NCBI GenBank assembly: GCA_965285935.1
Contig: OZ260661.1
Coordinates: forward strand, 124,372,001 to 124,436,000
Reading direction: 5' to 3'
Length of the DNA stretch: 64,000 bases
Source: Ophelia neglecta
Lineage: Eukaryota
Position 1 is the first letter of the stretch. Each line of letters opens with the position of its first letter. Shown here piece by piece: positions 40,561-55,723 of this stretch. Under the pieces are notes generated by a model. The model searched no databases, was not told where the DNA came from, and was given only the letters and a program-made list of their open reading frames with translations. A program made the position numbers and the translations under genes.

Positions 40561-42019
40561 AGGTAGTGCAGTTAGCAATGCCCTGAAAGGGACACAAAAT
40601 CATTATACGGTATATTTTATGAAGGACATATGGAAGGCTACGGAACAACGAGTAAATTTACAGGAAAAAAGGAAATATTCATTTATTCAATGGGACTGAT
40701 TTTGTTTTAAGTCTTGAAATTTAGAGAATACTCGATATGTTATTATATAACGGCGGACAGTCATTCTGACAAGCCGCATCAATATCACTCCAATCCCCTA
40801 ATATGTGATACTTTACTCTCAAAATGGAAAAATTGATTCTATAATTTAAAGAAACAAAAGTGGATTTCTTTTTATCATGAAAATTATAGCCAAAATATAT
40901 TGATAATACAGGAATGGAAGTCAAGCAGACAAATAATTTCCTTTATCGTATAATATACTCCAGTCGGTTAGAAATTAATAAGACAGGTCCACCTTAAAAT
41001 TAACAACACATATAATATCACATTCCAGTTCCTCAACTGCAAAGTCGTTCTAGTTCGTTTCACGTCGGAAAGGAGAAACAATCAATCGAACCACCTTGGC
41101 TTTATTTCAGTAATAAAACCACAAGTGTGCGATTGTAAGACAAGTTGTTATCCTTTGATAGCAATACACAAGTCGATATGTGACAAGATTCCTTATTGGC
41201 CTACACCATTCCATAAACAAATGCGATAAACCTCTATGATGTAGATGAAACCAGCATACAACATACACTCAAGACCTGGATGGCAATGCCCCTTTTTATT
41301 GTAACAGCTCTCGGATTATATAGTATTGTAAGTCTCCCGAAGAAGTCATGAACACCATTAAATGGAAAACTAGCATATTCATCTGCTATTGTCATCACTT
41401 TTCAAGCTCGACACAAAATAATAATAGTTTAACGATTACCATTGGGGCCAGTGTTCTAACCCTGTATCTATGTCGAGGGCTGGTGTAAGAGTCTCCAATT
41501 ACAAGGTGACAAATATAAGAGTCCCTATTGTTCAAAGACAAAGCCAATAATCAATGATTCCATTAAGTACTGTGCAATGCATTTGAAATAGGCTTTAGTA
41601 TCGCACCTCGCTGAGTACAAAATACCTATGATACCAGGTGCCATAAACTAAGTAATGGGAGTTGTAAATGTACCTTTTTATTCATTAAGAAACACATTAA
41701 ATGTTGTTTAAATAGTGGCCCCTACATTACCAGGTAGTCAGCACAAGTTAAATGGTTAATCAAACAATTTGTAAATTCTTTGATAGGCGGATCGTTCTCA
41801 CTTTAACGTCTACTATAAATATTGATCTTCAGGCTTGCGACGTGTTAAACGCCTTGATCTATAAATTTATGGAATTGTACATCAAATTTGCATAAAAGTC
41901 TGATTAGGTCGTGTCACATTTGTGGATCAAATGATATTGAGTCGTTGAAGCTAGCTTTACTTTCTTTACTTTGGTTTACACATAAATGCACATTCAACAG
42001 AATTTTATTATTGAAATAT

Positions 42020-42856
42020 TAACAATTTAACCATAACCATTAGCAGACGTTTCCTGATAATTTCCGACCGATTGTGTAGAATATGCCTGAATAATAGCTT
42101 TACTTTGTATGCCGGGTATCTACTTTCGAGTTAATAGGCCCTTTACTTCATTCCGATGTACATTAGGCATTTACATACAAAGGTAATCACCTTTATGTCA
42201 TGTGACTGTCAGTACCAGATTTATTCTAGTGGTCGACCCATTGTAATGAAAATGTTTAACATGCCATATGCATTATATATACCCGCTTCAGAATGCCGAA
42301 TTTTCTATGTTTACTATGTGAAATGTCATTAGCTGAAACCAAGGTGAACATATCAAGGTATATTTGTGATATTACTGCCAATAAAATATCTATCTCATTC
42401 TTATCGCCTCTAAACATCGGTGGTGATTTATCACCTGGTGTCTAAAGTGTCCAAACATTTTAGCAAAATTTGCTGTAGCTCCTTGACATTACTTTGATAT
42501 GCACGGCACAAGTTCTGGTATGTCTTGGCCCATTGGTCGGAGGATAAGTGAGCATCCTCGCGATGACTAGCGCAGAGGGTTTTTTGCAGAGTTAAATCGT
42601 AAGGTATATACCTTGTGGAAACAAGGCTTGGTACTCCTTTAAGATCTAAATGCATTGAAAAAACCTCTGGAATTTCTTTCTTTAATGTCAATTTCATATA
42701 CGGAGAAATGATTTGGGCATCCCCTTGCTCACATATTATACGGCTGTGACCAGTGGTAGGGGGACCTGGTGAATTTAATGGATGTATTTTTGGACACTGA
42801 TTTTGTCTGCTGGGTAACCTATTTTTATTTTTAGTATCATATACTGAAGAGCTCAT
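42020..42856 (-). pseudogene. Decayed viral-like ORF (141 open codons, then broken)
   Basis: Longest open frame in the block; continues after a stop or frameshift; no recognised motif. Confidence 0.45.
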
Positions 42857-44699
42857 AGCAAGGTGTCAGATGGGAATGGGATTAATGACTCAAAGTGTTC
42901 TCTTCTAATCATAAATATGCATCACTAATCAGATAATATACTTGCTTTTTCGGGCAAATGAAAATAACAAGAGAATAAATTAGGCTTAACGTAACGTTTC
43001 CAGTAATAATAAAATAAAAAAAAGTAAAGTAAATATATTTTTTCAACCCTCTTGTGCACACCAGGTTGGGAACCAAAACTACTCTGCGAGAGATTTCTTC
43101 AGATTAATTACGGATAGCGCATAGCAAGAAAATAGAGCGCTGCTTTGGTATATGCAGAAGGTAACAAAAATAAATCGTGTGTCCTCTAGAAGGTCCGATT
43201 CGTCCATAAATATCGCTTTGGTGCCTTGAAACAAACAAATGAGAAATCATGATTATAAGTTTTCAATAACGAGAATTGTCAGACTGGGAAAGCGCTCATT
43301 GCTTTTGTAGAAATGACCTTTCCTTCCTACTCTAAAATTACATATTAAAAGAGACAGAGACAAGTAATCTTTATTTTCGGCATTTATAAGTATGTCCTTT
43401 TGAAAATCATAGACAACCCATTGAAATTTCAACTATTTATTGTAACTTCAATGACCTCCGAATTGGGGATCCATTTAGATACAAGTTAGATCAGTTGCAC
43501 GTCAGCAATTTTATCAGTACATTTCCCTAAAGTTGCGCGGAGATATCATACGCGCGCAAGTCTGTTTCCTAACCAAAAATCCAAGTACATATCTGCCACC
43601 TGAATGCGCTATAATTAATTGTTTATTACAAATCATTCGCACTTGGTGACATTCTTCCTTATCATTTGACAGTTTCTAATTAGAGTGAAGCGTCAAAAGT
43701 TCCAGCCATGTCCCCAATTGAACTCTTTAACTTATCAATATACTAAAAGATCAAAGCTGGCACTGATAAGCTTAAGTTTCACCCTAATTAATTCTTTTCG
43801 ACAAGCCCACTGATTAAAGAGCATTCAGATGCCAACATCATTTTTAAAGTTTTAAAATAAGATAAGAGTAATCCGTTACCTGTTTTGTCTGCGATGGTAT
43901 TCATCATACTTCTTCGGTTTCATTATTAATGGAAAGAATACGTTAGACTGCTCTTATTTTCCGACGGGCTTCAATGATATTATGGTGTGTTTTAATTATG
44001 TGATTTGAACAGAATAATTTGCATTAAAATCTAAAAAGAAATATACAAATGAAATAAACTTTGGATCTTTGAAACGATTAAAAAAATGGAAGAAGTTTCA
44101 AGCCAAAGGGAAACATTATTATTGGCCGAGGTAAACCTCCTATTGTAACATAACAATTACTCCTGCGCTCACTACCATATTTCCGCATTAAGTTGGACAT
44201 TTAGATGTGCCACGTTTAAATACGCGGCCCAGAAACCAGTGGGTTATCCACAGATACAACTTCATATTTTATCTCCAGTACGTTTGACTTATATTTGATT
44301 GGAATGACATTATTATTTTTTGCTTGGCTTTCTTAGAACTGGTTGGAGTTTCATCAGACTATATATCTTTAATTTCTATGCGCGCAAACAACAGACCAGA
44401 ATTTTTTAAAGCAAAGATGGTTTTTGTGATTTGATGACTCATATTGCCTTTGGGAATAATTTGAAAGGAGGACAATGCATGCAGTTCAAGATGGTTAACC
44501 CGAGAGCATAACAAAGAACTAATTTTTTAATATGCTTAACAAGTTTGGCTAAATAATTTGATGAATTGCCGCTGTGATTGTGAACTTATATCAGATAGTA
44601 TGGTCTATAGTAAAAGTGATAGAGAAGGTGATACATACTTACATGTTTGTTCTAGAGATAAATTTCTGTATTTTCTTAAAAACTTCCACCCCCTGCCCA

Positions 44700-44980
44700 G
44701 GTTCTATATTGCATTGGTTTGATTTCTCTGGGTAATATAACCACGCAGTGTGAAATTAGCATCTTGACAAAGATACCCGTCTCCATTGCGTCCCTTAAAG
44801 AAGAGAATTGACACAGTACAAAGGCGGTGTTTTATGGTTGACTTTGAACTGCACATGCTGAATATTATCAGTACATCAAGCTGAATTATATGCCAAATGC
44901 CCATATTTATCACCAGGCGAATGTTTTTGCATACTTTATACAGAAAACTACTTTCAATCAGATATTGAGGCACCATAATC
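44700..44980 (-). pseudogene. Unknown viral-like gene family, paralog 1 (conserved core)
   Basis: Composite IWAFG..TDNIQHVQFKS..RLCTVSI..DANFTLR is homologous to 60170-60400. Confidence 0.55.
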
Positions 44981-47900
44981 GAAGCGAGTCCCTTGCGCTA
45001 TAAAGTCTCACAGTAAGAGATGATTTCACTCCCAGAAACCGACCCTTTAAATCTGACTAGTGCATAAATGTGTACATTTTGATAACACCTTTGCCTACTG
45101 CTGCTATGAAGTAGGAGCAATACACCCAAGACAATTATGTGAGGGTATATTTTCAAAAGTTATCTGTAATTCATAAGATGTGTTAGCTATACTGGAACTT
45201 ATTGATGAAAAAGTAAGCTTGGACTGTTTACCATTATTAAGTAAGTCTCGAAAAGCAAAACTGCATGCCATCATCTCAGTTTTCGGCCAAAGCATATTGT
45301 TTATTTAATTCATCAGAAACATTCTCAGAAACTAGAAAAATCATAAATTGGGACAAATAGCAGTTGTCGAGCTGACCACAGCTCCTACCTGAACAATATA
45401 TTTGCACCAATGCACCTCTGTTGCATTCTGTGGATTCAAATTACGACTTTGAAGACCTTCTGCCAAGAAAAGTTTACTCCCGACAGAAAACACCAGGGGA
45501 AGGGGGTGTTGGGCTCAGCAAGTAGACCAATCAACATAAGTGATTAAGAATATCAGCGGTCAAGTGCCTGAATTAATAGATGTGGAAATGGGGCCGTCGA
45601 GCACATATCAAAACCGATGTCCCCCTTTTGGGTTTAGAAATATATGATCGTAATTCGGAATGCTAGCATAGGTGAAATCAATGGTGACGACAGGTAAACA
45701 CTAAATGGTCCTATAAAATAACCAAGAAAAGTACTGTGCTAAAGTGTCGAGGGCTTGCTAATAGCAAACTTGAATGACGGGGTCCCTTTTGGTCTTACTC
45801 ATACAATCTCATGGAATATCGATCTATCTAGCTTGTGGTATGTTTTACAACTAGTAGTTTGTGTTGAAATTAGAAGTATTCAAACGGCAGTACAAAAGTC
45901 CTTATATGTTTAATGATCAAGAAACTTATTTGGGTAACACCTGGTGACTATAAGGTAAGAAATACTTAGCTTTACCTAAAAATGGTATAAAAGAGAGTAC
46001 GCTACACTTTTATTGGGAATGATATATAACTGACCCACCAGACACTGCGCATCTTACTAAGACTTTAAGTCACATAGGCAATAAAAACATAGCCGGTTAA
46101 AATGTGTCGTGGATATACTTATACCGTAACCTAGTTAGTAGATGAATTCCAGAGGAATAGAATGATAGAATACAGGCTCAAAACTGTACCAAAACTTCCA
46201 GTTGAATAGCCAAATATCATATCTGATAGACCAGATAATATCAGGCAATAGTCTCGGTTAGCCAAAACGCTTATAGATAACGAAAATAACTATTCCTTAA
46301 AATGATTCAAGGTCAAACATCGACACGTGCTTCGGTATGTAAGAATTAATAAAGAAAGAAATATTAGATGTACACAGTTGCAGGCCCACAAGTACCAATC
46401 CACAGCTCGCAAATAGTAAATAAGCTTGGAGTCACAACAGTAAACAAGAGTATCTTGGCGACGTAGGTCAAAGATAAGAAGCTTCCATAATGGACTGAAC
46501 TCTCTCATAGTGTTAAGACTAATGATGAACTTGTCTCAAGGAACACAGCACAAGCGAAGCATAGAAAAAGTCTCTGCATACCCATACATATTTTACCACC
46601 ATGCCAGTCCGAGAGAGTAAAATTACCGTCTGTCCTATCTTCTATGTGCAGGTTTTCCTTTTCCCTTAATTGAAGTATTAAGCTACAACTGTACAGGCAC
46701 TATTTTACTTACTTCGATCTTAACATACGTATCAAAATAATTCATCAATACAATAGGGCGAAGAAAGGAAAAGTAATATGTGAAACATTTTACTGCTAAA
46801 TGCACGGTTTATGCTTTTTAAGAAGTCATCATTCATATAAAACTAATGAATTATGTTTAATTAACTTTTTATTGATCACGTATAGAGCTGGGGTTTATTA
46901 ATGCTGGCTTGTGGCTGCTGGTTCCAGATGATTTAATGGAGTAATCATGATTAATGATTTGACTGTATTTGCCGTTTTCCCGTTTTCTGCTTGTCTGCCA
47001 CGGACATGTTCAAATTTTGTGTGCATTGAATTTCAGCCGAATCATTCAAAGGTCCCGCGCTGCTCTTTCCGTAACCTTTCAACCTATGTGCGCTGATAAC
47101 ACACTGTTCAGGGGCTTCTATCGGGCTGACAGTTAGCAACTAGGATTTCTATGGGTTACCGTCATTACAACAGTTATCCTAGAATGTGTTCCGTGACTCC
47201 ATGTTAGACACAAATCATAGGGATTCATTATTTAATGTCATGTGTGCCTAGTACAGGGAGTTCAGCTGAAATATATGTACTATTAAAAACGTAGTGGGAG
47301 ATGTTACAGGACCGATCTTAGGTGAATTATGTCATATCTGGATAGTAATATTGCTCAATGTGGATTGGACAACTTGGTAAGTTAATAATGTCTTGTATGA
47401 CGAAGTTTTTAATGTAGATGACTTCGTGTCAGCACAATACACCTTACATGAATGGGTGTAGCGGTCGTCTGTGGTTAATTGCTAATATCTAGGGGTCACA
47501 TTTCTCTCTTTATTTTGCTAGTATATGGGTATGCTATTATGGTTTATTATAATGAATCATTTCGTTATGATGTGCTTCTAAAGACTACTGTCATAATAAA
47601 GGCAGGTGCGAAGTACTTTATACGTATAATACTTGATCCTTGCCCTTCAATTGAAAACCTAAAGATTCAAACGCTAGGCAGATAAGAGGCTTTCAACAAC
47701 AAATTACAGTAGAGTATATCAGTACAATATTTCCTTGTCGTTCGTGCCACTTGGCACAATGGATTAACATTGGTTAACAGAATGCAGTGATCACACATAT
47801 TTGGGAAAGATGTAATGTGCAAGAAATCGACTTTTCGTATATTTACCCTTTGGTGTTTGCTTGATTGTTCGGTCAGGGTGATGATGCTGGAATAAAGCAA

Positions 47901-48330
47901 TTTTTTTGGGAAAGGTATTGGTGCATATTACGAATTTTCCTAGATTCATTTGTCAACAGTTGTTTCTAGTTCAAATGCTAGTCCTTTGTTATAACCTGTA
48001 CATCATTTTCTTCGCATCTGGATATTATTCGCCTGGCGGTAATCCGTACGTCTATTTTCAGTACGTACATTTTCAGGTATGTTCCCTTTCCTTTGAGAAA
48101 AGTAGATTGAATTAAGACATCATTACATTTCGCTGTAAACAGGAACATGTCATATGATTCCTAAAGTGCCAGTAATTTAGGTGTAAGAAGTCCGAATGGA
48201 ACCTGTTTATTCCTCAGAGAGGGGGGTGTCTGGGGGTATCTTGATGTCGAGAGCGCTACATTAGCTAATTTAATTATGTAGTACCCGTACATATTCGACA
48301 CAACAAACAACATAAGCTCCCGACCCCTAG

Positions 48331-49380
48331 TTGTGGCCAAGCACAATTATTAGTCAAACGAAGCACGTGTTGTCACCTTTGAGTTCGCAAGTTGGTGTTT
48401 CAACGAAACAATTAGACACCAGTCTTATGTTAAACTTACTATCATTACAAACGCAAATTATTCATCGTAGATTAACTCTGCCCATTATAGATATGAAAGC
48501 ATCATTTGGTATAATATTGGAACCTAACAAGGCACCTACTTCTTGGTGGATAGTATCTATTTTTAGGAAAAAGTATTTGAATCCAATTAAACACCAGTCA
48601 TTATGCATCGACGAAACAAGTGTGTTATCTACACTCAAATCATAAATAATTGATACAGGCAGTGTTGGTAATGAGAGAGGGTATAAGGAAACGGTTCATG
48701 TCCGGTTATATGGGGTTTCCCTCTTTATACCCTCATTGTATTCCAAACTTAACAAGAAGAAATGGCAAAACGTCCCCAAGAAACATTCCAATGCATTCAC
48801 CGGTAGTACTAGCTTTATTCAAAATTGTGCACGGGTTTATAAGAAGACAGACTAGTTTACCAAGGACAGGGTAGAGCTCATTCTAGCCTACCAAAATATA
48901 CAGTCAATCAATATAGAAACCTCGAGGGGAACACCAGATAATAACGGCAGCAGTCCTTTGTGCCTCGTGGACAAATGGCAGTTTAGTGCCTCTGGAATAG
49001 GTTCCTTTGTTCGAAACACCCAAAAGGCAACATTACAAACACGGATGTAACATCACCATTATGTCAAACAAAGGGCATTCTGTCGAAAATGTTCGGTTTT
49101 GCTGTGTGATTCCGTTCTCTAAATGGATTTCACACCCATTTTCATTCCTTTTAACGCCAAATCTAATAGTGTGCTCATTCGAGCGTGCACTGCATTGCAA
49201 GTAAAATCCTATGATAAAATAACGCAATGGAAAACATAACGTATAGCCTTCTGGCTATGAGAGGACAGCTTATGCTGTTAATTACACTCTTATTATTACA
49301 TTTTAAGTCGCTCCCCAAATGCAATGCAATGCTTGAGGGAAATACTTCAAATTAGTTCATTAAGTGTTTCGTATTAAACT
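48331..49380 (+). pseudogene. Decayed viral-like ORF, unknown function
   Basis: One frame of about 350 codons with only about 8 stops. Confidence 0.5.
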
Positions 49381-52300
49381 TTTTGAGGCAAGTGATTTAT
49401 TGTTTTCATAAACCTAAGGTACAAAGCAGTTCATAGCCAAACCTAGAAGTCTCTAGCACCACTCTGACATGCTAATATCGCATTTGTTTCTACTGAATCA
49501 TACAACATTTTGTTCTTATCTGTCTTATCGCAAGACCTCTTGCATTAAAATGAATAGCTTGATTTACGGTTTTATGATTTAACAGGACAATTTCGTCCAT
49601 GCAATCTAGGGTGACATTAAACTTGGTCATACGGGGCCCTTTATTTCGGCATGTCGACTTAGACAATGATCAAATTAATCCACGCCAAGTCAACTGGTGG
49701 GAAACATACGCTTCATTTTATTATTTATTTGTCTTTACTATATGGTTGATTGTAGAAACTTATAAAAAGCAATGTTATATCTGCCAAAAAATGAATATTC
49801 TAACAAATGTACTATTAACTTCCCCTTATATATTACTGGAAATGATTATTAGAATTGCGTTTTAAACACTTTAAGATTATTTAATTTTAATTGGCGAAAG
49901 CTAGTGCAAGCAGAAAACACGAAAGTGGCTTATTGTGCTGCCAGTGTCTTTTACATTTAGGCTTTCCCCTTATCGTCAAAATAACATAAATATGTTTTAG
50001 TGACAAGCTATCAAATTTACCTTCGTCTATATAACCAAGCATTATCTGTCACTCAAATTGGTCTGTTAGTGTTTGGGACGAGTGTGTAGCAAGTCGTGAA
50101 CAGGTTGTTGTAAAATTTGGTCGGTTTCGCTTTCACTATTTTTCAGTGAAGATGGCGGGCAGTGATAACGTGTGCCTCTTTATTTGCCCACCTTCTGAGG
50201 AAGTCTTGCTTTGAGAGACACATCCGTCGCTTGTTTTCTGTGAATATCGATCAGTACCTTGAAAGGCTTCCCATTTAGAATTGAACCCCATATCTTGTTT
50301 AATTTTACCAATGTAGTCTGGAAAGGATCTGCGTGGTGAAAACTACCTGTCCAGCAACTCAACGAGTTATTTCTTTGTGTTTATAATACTAATGTGTTAA
50401 AGATGTAAGCATAGTTGCACCTTTGACTCTCGCCAAGGCAGTGATGCGCCAGATAGCATATGATGCATAATGCCTACTTCATGCTTCTGTACAGCTGGTT
50501 CCTTAATACATCGTGTGGAATTTCCCCATGATTTTGCCTCGCTCTTCATTATATTTTGACATTCACTAAGAAGAAACTTTCAAGGCGAAAGCTGATCCAA
50601 AGTAGGACATTTCATGTTTCATCAGTAGATAATGCTACTGTGACAATGCTGATTGAATAATTGGGCATTCAGGACCAGCTATTAGGATAGTACTCGTCGA
50701 ATAGTAATTGGGCAAGTCTATTGCCTATGATGAAAGTTGCCGACTGCGCATACGACACCCTGGCTAACAAGCGTTAGGCCCCCATGATCACATAGCTGTA
50801 GAAACTGGAAGAGTACAATTTTATTGCATTGCAATTAAGTGCATCAAACTAAATGATTATAATTAATTGTCTCATTATTTAAATGCAATGGCCAGATAAG
50901 ACTAAGGGATCTACCACTCGATGCGATTGAGATTGAAACTATTCATAAATTTGAAGACACGATGATTCTTACTTCGCCATGAAATAATGTTAGGCTCATA
51001 GGATCATTATCATATATATATATGTTTCTTTTAAGCAGTATGCGCTTATTGCTGTACAATACCAAATAAATTAGGAGCCTCTCATAGTCAGATCATTTCC
51101 TACTGCTACTGAGGTATAACATGTTCACTTATCCTTGTTTTACATGTAGCCAGAAGTATCGAATATATCAATAAAGTGATGTGTTCATCTGCATTAAGGT
51201 GATGTCGACCATATTAAATATCACTGTTTAAAGATACTCGAGTCTTTATTTACTATATGTTATTCTAGGGTAGCTATTATTGTTTTGATCTTCTGTTATC
51301 TTCCGCTATCAACTAAATGTATCGGGAACATGATTCGGATAGTTCTTTATGGTATTATATTTTAAGATGTCAACAAATAACCATTTCCTGAGCATGAAGT
51401 TTTATTAATTTCTCTGTTCAAGCCACAAAGCATGGGCAGTTACCTTGGCCATTATCTGATACCGACGTTATGTTTTGCACTCGATTTCTCGGGCAAATAT
51501 TTACATTTCTCAGTGAATTCTCTATTTACGTCTATGGACCTATCAATCACCACCGCCCCTGATGCACGCTTTATAGTAATGACGCCTTTAACTGGAGACC
51601 CAGAGCAATGGGACAGATGTTTCACGTACTAACACCGGCCTGTGGGCGGGAAAGTGCCAGTTCGCTTGATTAGTGTCACTCGTAGCAGGATATCGCCACC
51701 TTTATATTTGACGATAAAAACTGTATTGGAATAGGCATAACGAATTGTCAGCCATTGATTTCGACGTCATTTGATGTGTGTTTTCGTCGCAGTTGCTAGA
51801 TAAAAGCAAACTTGCAATCGATTGCATTCAATTACAACCGCTGGAACATCTCTGGATTGAGGTTTGTAATATCAGTGCTCCTATATGCTTCTGGAAACTC
51901 AACCACACGTGCGCCTATGTTGCATTCTTGAGGGAAATTAAAAAGCTTATGTCAAGACAGTTTCCTAAAACAGTTCGCGGTAATAAATAAATACGCAATT
52001 GTCTGAGCTATATTAATAATTAAAAAAACAGCAATAAATTTAACCGAATTGACATGTCAAGATCACCAAATCCTCTCACCTGATCATTTACGTCACCAGT
52101 GGCAAAGGGTGCCTTTGCTTTTAAGCACTAAGAGAGCTTTGTTTTATTTCAATATACATTTAGCTGGATTGAGGTCAAAATCTAATCGTTGCTTCTCTGC
52201 ACATAGTTGTAGAACGTCAATTTGGAACTTGGAACATGACTAAATGAAAATTGTCTAAAATGGAGCCAATGTCAGCTGAATTGGAAATTGTCATGTTTAT

Positions 52301-53029
52301 TTCAGTTAATGAAGCAAAACAGCGTTCCTCCATAGGATCTACAAGCTACCCCCGTCTTAGTTCTCTGCAATAGGAAATCAATGAATGAATTGATTTGCGG
52401 CAGTGTTGTCATCGGTGTTAAGCAGCTCTAAATCCATGTCAAATAAGACGTTTCCTTACGTAACATGATTTTATCGAATGTAAGAACGCAAGACTTCAAT
52501 GAAACTTGACGAGCTCCAGAGCAAGAACTAGGCTTGTCAAGTCAAGATGGAATATATAATATGGTTTGAAATACGGCCACGTCACCTTGTTATAGCCCGA
52601 ATGAAGTTCGGAGAATTGTATTACTCAAATCTTGTAGTATTAAGACGACTTACAATTTCTTGAAAATTGCCGTTGTATTAAAGGCTTCCATAGCTTTGAA
52701 TGTGAACAAGTACTTCTTCCATTCTGCAAGAATGCAAATTTGTTGGGTTCATTTAGCATCCACTTGACTAAACCAGAAAAGACTCAACTCTTACTTTCTA
52801 ACCATAATATGGTTTCTTTGGCTTCCAACAAATGCACACCGATACTTCTTGTTAACTTTTGTATTGTTTTCATAAAATGTGATTGTTTTCCACTTAACAG
52901 GTACACAACAGCTGTTGATTAATTAGACGTTTAGCCCGAGGGTTAAGAAAATCGATATCCCAATAGCAGATTAGTTTAACGCCATATCTGAGCATATTAT
53001 ATTTTTAAATCAATTAGTAATTCAACACA

Positions 53030-54050
53030 GTTGCTGTCCTTGTCCTTTCTGTCTTGAAAGTCAGACCACCCAAATGTGGTTCAGCATATAAGTGACGAGA
53101 ATCAACAAATTGCAAAGTGTGCTGACGATACTGAGGAAATGTTTGACTACAATAAAGATTATTTTAATGGTAGCTAAAAAAGTCAAAAATTGAGATGTAG
53201 ACTCGCAGCTAACCAACAAACGGAACACTGTGTGTCGTAAAAAGCAATATTTCTGGAAGCGTGTCCGTTCTGTATTTTGCGACACCATGTTTCTGGGTTG
53301 AAAACATGTTCTCCGGAAAACGTCAAAACTTGACAGAATGTGTCATATCAAGGTCAAAACGCAAATTAACGTTACTTGCCGCAGTGTACTTAGAACTCAC
53401 ACAGGCTTCGCAGCATTGCTAACGTTAAGTTGGATACAAATGGACAAGTTTGAATGGAAAACTGTTCGTTTAAACATAAAAAACGGGAGTGGATACAAAG
53501 CCAAATCATTGATCAAGAATATTCCATTTAATCGATACGAAATCAACAGGAACCTGCAGCTGCAGAACCACACACAATAAATCAATTTCCAGCTCCAATC
53601 AACATGTACCAAGAACAAGCAAGCAATGAAAAAAATTATTAATAAACACACATATAACAACCATGTTTGAACTATTGGTGTGATTGGTGCATGCCAGTAC
53701 CTTGGGGTAACTACCGTCGACATATTGATATAGTTACCAGTGAAGCCGAACTACACCACTGCTCCTACGAAACCAGAGATAGTGTCCCAGCAACATGAGG
53801 GAAGAGAGGTGCAAGATTCGTATTTAAACAATTACTATTGAATATTCGGAAATCGTACAGCCAGACCAAGTGTTACAATTTATGACCAGCAGCTTAACGG
53901 GCACATAATTTGGAAACTAAATGGGGGAAACTTGAGGGGGATGGTCACATCTTTATGCTGCATATAATCTTCCACGATTCACGCGTGAAGTTCACGCGTA
54001 CTGTTGCACATACAAAAATCGATCCTCTGAACAGTAGATCGTAGGGCATC
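53030..54050 (+). pseudogene. Decayed viral-like ORF with N-terminal CPCPFC motif
   Basis: One + frame with sparse stops, including ORF 53338-53580. Confidence 0.4.
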
Positions 54051-54849
54051 ATTTTGAGCTTTGGGCGTCCCAATACGAACGATCTCAAAAATGATTTGAT
54101 TCCGTCAATGTTTGTTTATTCTTTATGTATTTGTACCATTTGTACTTTCTTCTTGTTCTTGGGGAGAATGTTATTCCATTTGGAGGTTTATTTCGATTTA
54201 ACGGACAAGATTCTTCTCTTCGGTATCTATGCCGGTGTGTCAGGCAATTCCATTTTTTCTTCCACTGAGAATTATTGCCGTCTAAAGAATTTACAGACAT
54301 TAATTCCTAATTCAATATAGAATATAAATTTGAGGTACCGATGAATTCAATCTGTTATCTGTGAATTATCGCGTGCGAACATCGTAGAGGGGGCTACTGA
54401 AAGGTGATTTATATGGATAAGAAATGAATATAATTCATTTTTATCAGCAACGAGGCACCCCCCCCCCTCCCCCCTTCCACTGATAACTGTGTAACTTCTT
54501 TTTCTTTTATAACTATATTTGAATAGAAAACCATGTGGTAATATTAACCCTCCGACCTGTGGGATTCAGCTTATATATAATTAGCTATTTTCTATTGCAG
54601 GCATTTATTGTAAACATGGGGGAAATTAATAAGATATAAGTTATCAATTAGTGTTTTTTTCAGATGCCCCACATGATTTATATGACACTTATCATGGATA
54701 AAAGAACGCTTGGATTTACTAGGTAGCCGGACGAACATGTTGGAGTTAATAATGTGATTAGTGGTTTAGCACCAGGATTATTCGTTTGAAACTGGTAGGT
54801 CTGTTTATGTTTGTTTCACATAGGTACGTTTTATGAGAAAAAATGTTCC

Positions 54850-55720
54850 CATGTTAATGAATATCTTGGTCATAACTATGTTCAGACCAAGTAGGGAAGG
54901 TAAGACGTACATTCTGGCTTTACCCAACACAGTGCAGTGATTCGTGTGACTTCGTGCGAAGGCCATGGGATCAGGTTACAGATTAAAACAGAAAGACGAC
55001 CCAGAAACTAAATATCGTGGCCAAATGCTGTCCATGTGTTGTCCATAGATTTTAGGCTCTGTGAGACTTGTGGCAGTAGCTGTCCGCAGATACTCAGTGG
55101 CTATTCTGCTGCTGCAGAAAACAATATCTATACGTGTTGATGGTTGATGAGGTTACTCTGAGGGTTTGACCCACATTGCATATCTGCTATGCAGATTGCA
55201 TTTCCCAGGTGGAGCTCTTATGGTTTACCCACCACTGTTGCATGCCGTGAAAATTATAGTAGTGAGTTACCATTTTACAATGTAAAATCCAAGGCTGAGA
55301 TGAAGCGAAACATTTATAGAGAGCAATGGTCTGAAATTATAGGAAGATAAGTATTTTTATTAAATTGTCCAGAGTAAACTTGTCGGGGCGAGACGAGATA
55401 CAAATGACCCAGCAAATCGAAGTTATTTAAAGCATAATATTTATGGATCAAAATAAGTTGATTTATCTCATAGGATACTTCGATCTCGAAAATATAATTG
55501 AATTTTACGCATTACAAGGTCACCAGGAGAGCAGCCTTTGGTAAATACAATGCTAGCAAGCACCAATAGACTGTTGGATCATAATTTTATGCGGTAGGAT
55601 ATTGATCCTGTTTAAAATTCCCACTGAACCCATCAGAAACCGTAACACGTAATTACAAAATCACAACCATTTTTGCCAGCAATCAGCCAGGATCACAGTA
55701 TATAAATCATCAGTTAGTGT
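54850..55720 (+). pseudogene. Pif1/RecD-like SF1B helicase pseudogene
   Basis: Walker A FRPSREGKTY (54881-54910; GPSGxGKT after two A>G reversions), Walker B VLMVDEVTL (55134-55160), motif III KIIVVSYH/LQC (GDxxQ-like), RRDTNDP, MLASTNRLLDHN, motif V-like ITVYKS (~55700). Confidence 0.7.
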
Positions 55721-55723
55721 GCA

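Noticed and set aside
48745-48780. Terminase-like Walker A TRRNGKT in ORF 48650-48874
   Set aside because: It is out of frame with the long 48331-49380 reading frame, and no Walker B follows at the right distance.
50695-50740. dUTPase motif 4-like FIIGNRLAQLLF (minus)
   Set aside because: No dUTPase motifs 1-3 or 5 nearby.
54881-54910. PSREGKT read as terminase PRRxGKT
   Set aside because: Downstream GDxxQ-like, STN and TxxKS motifs fit an SF1 helicase better.
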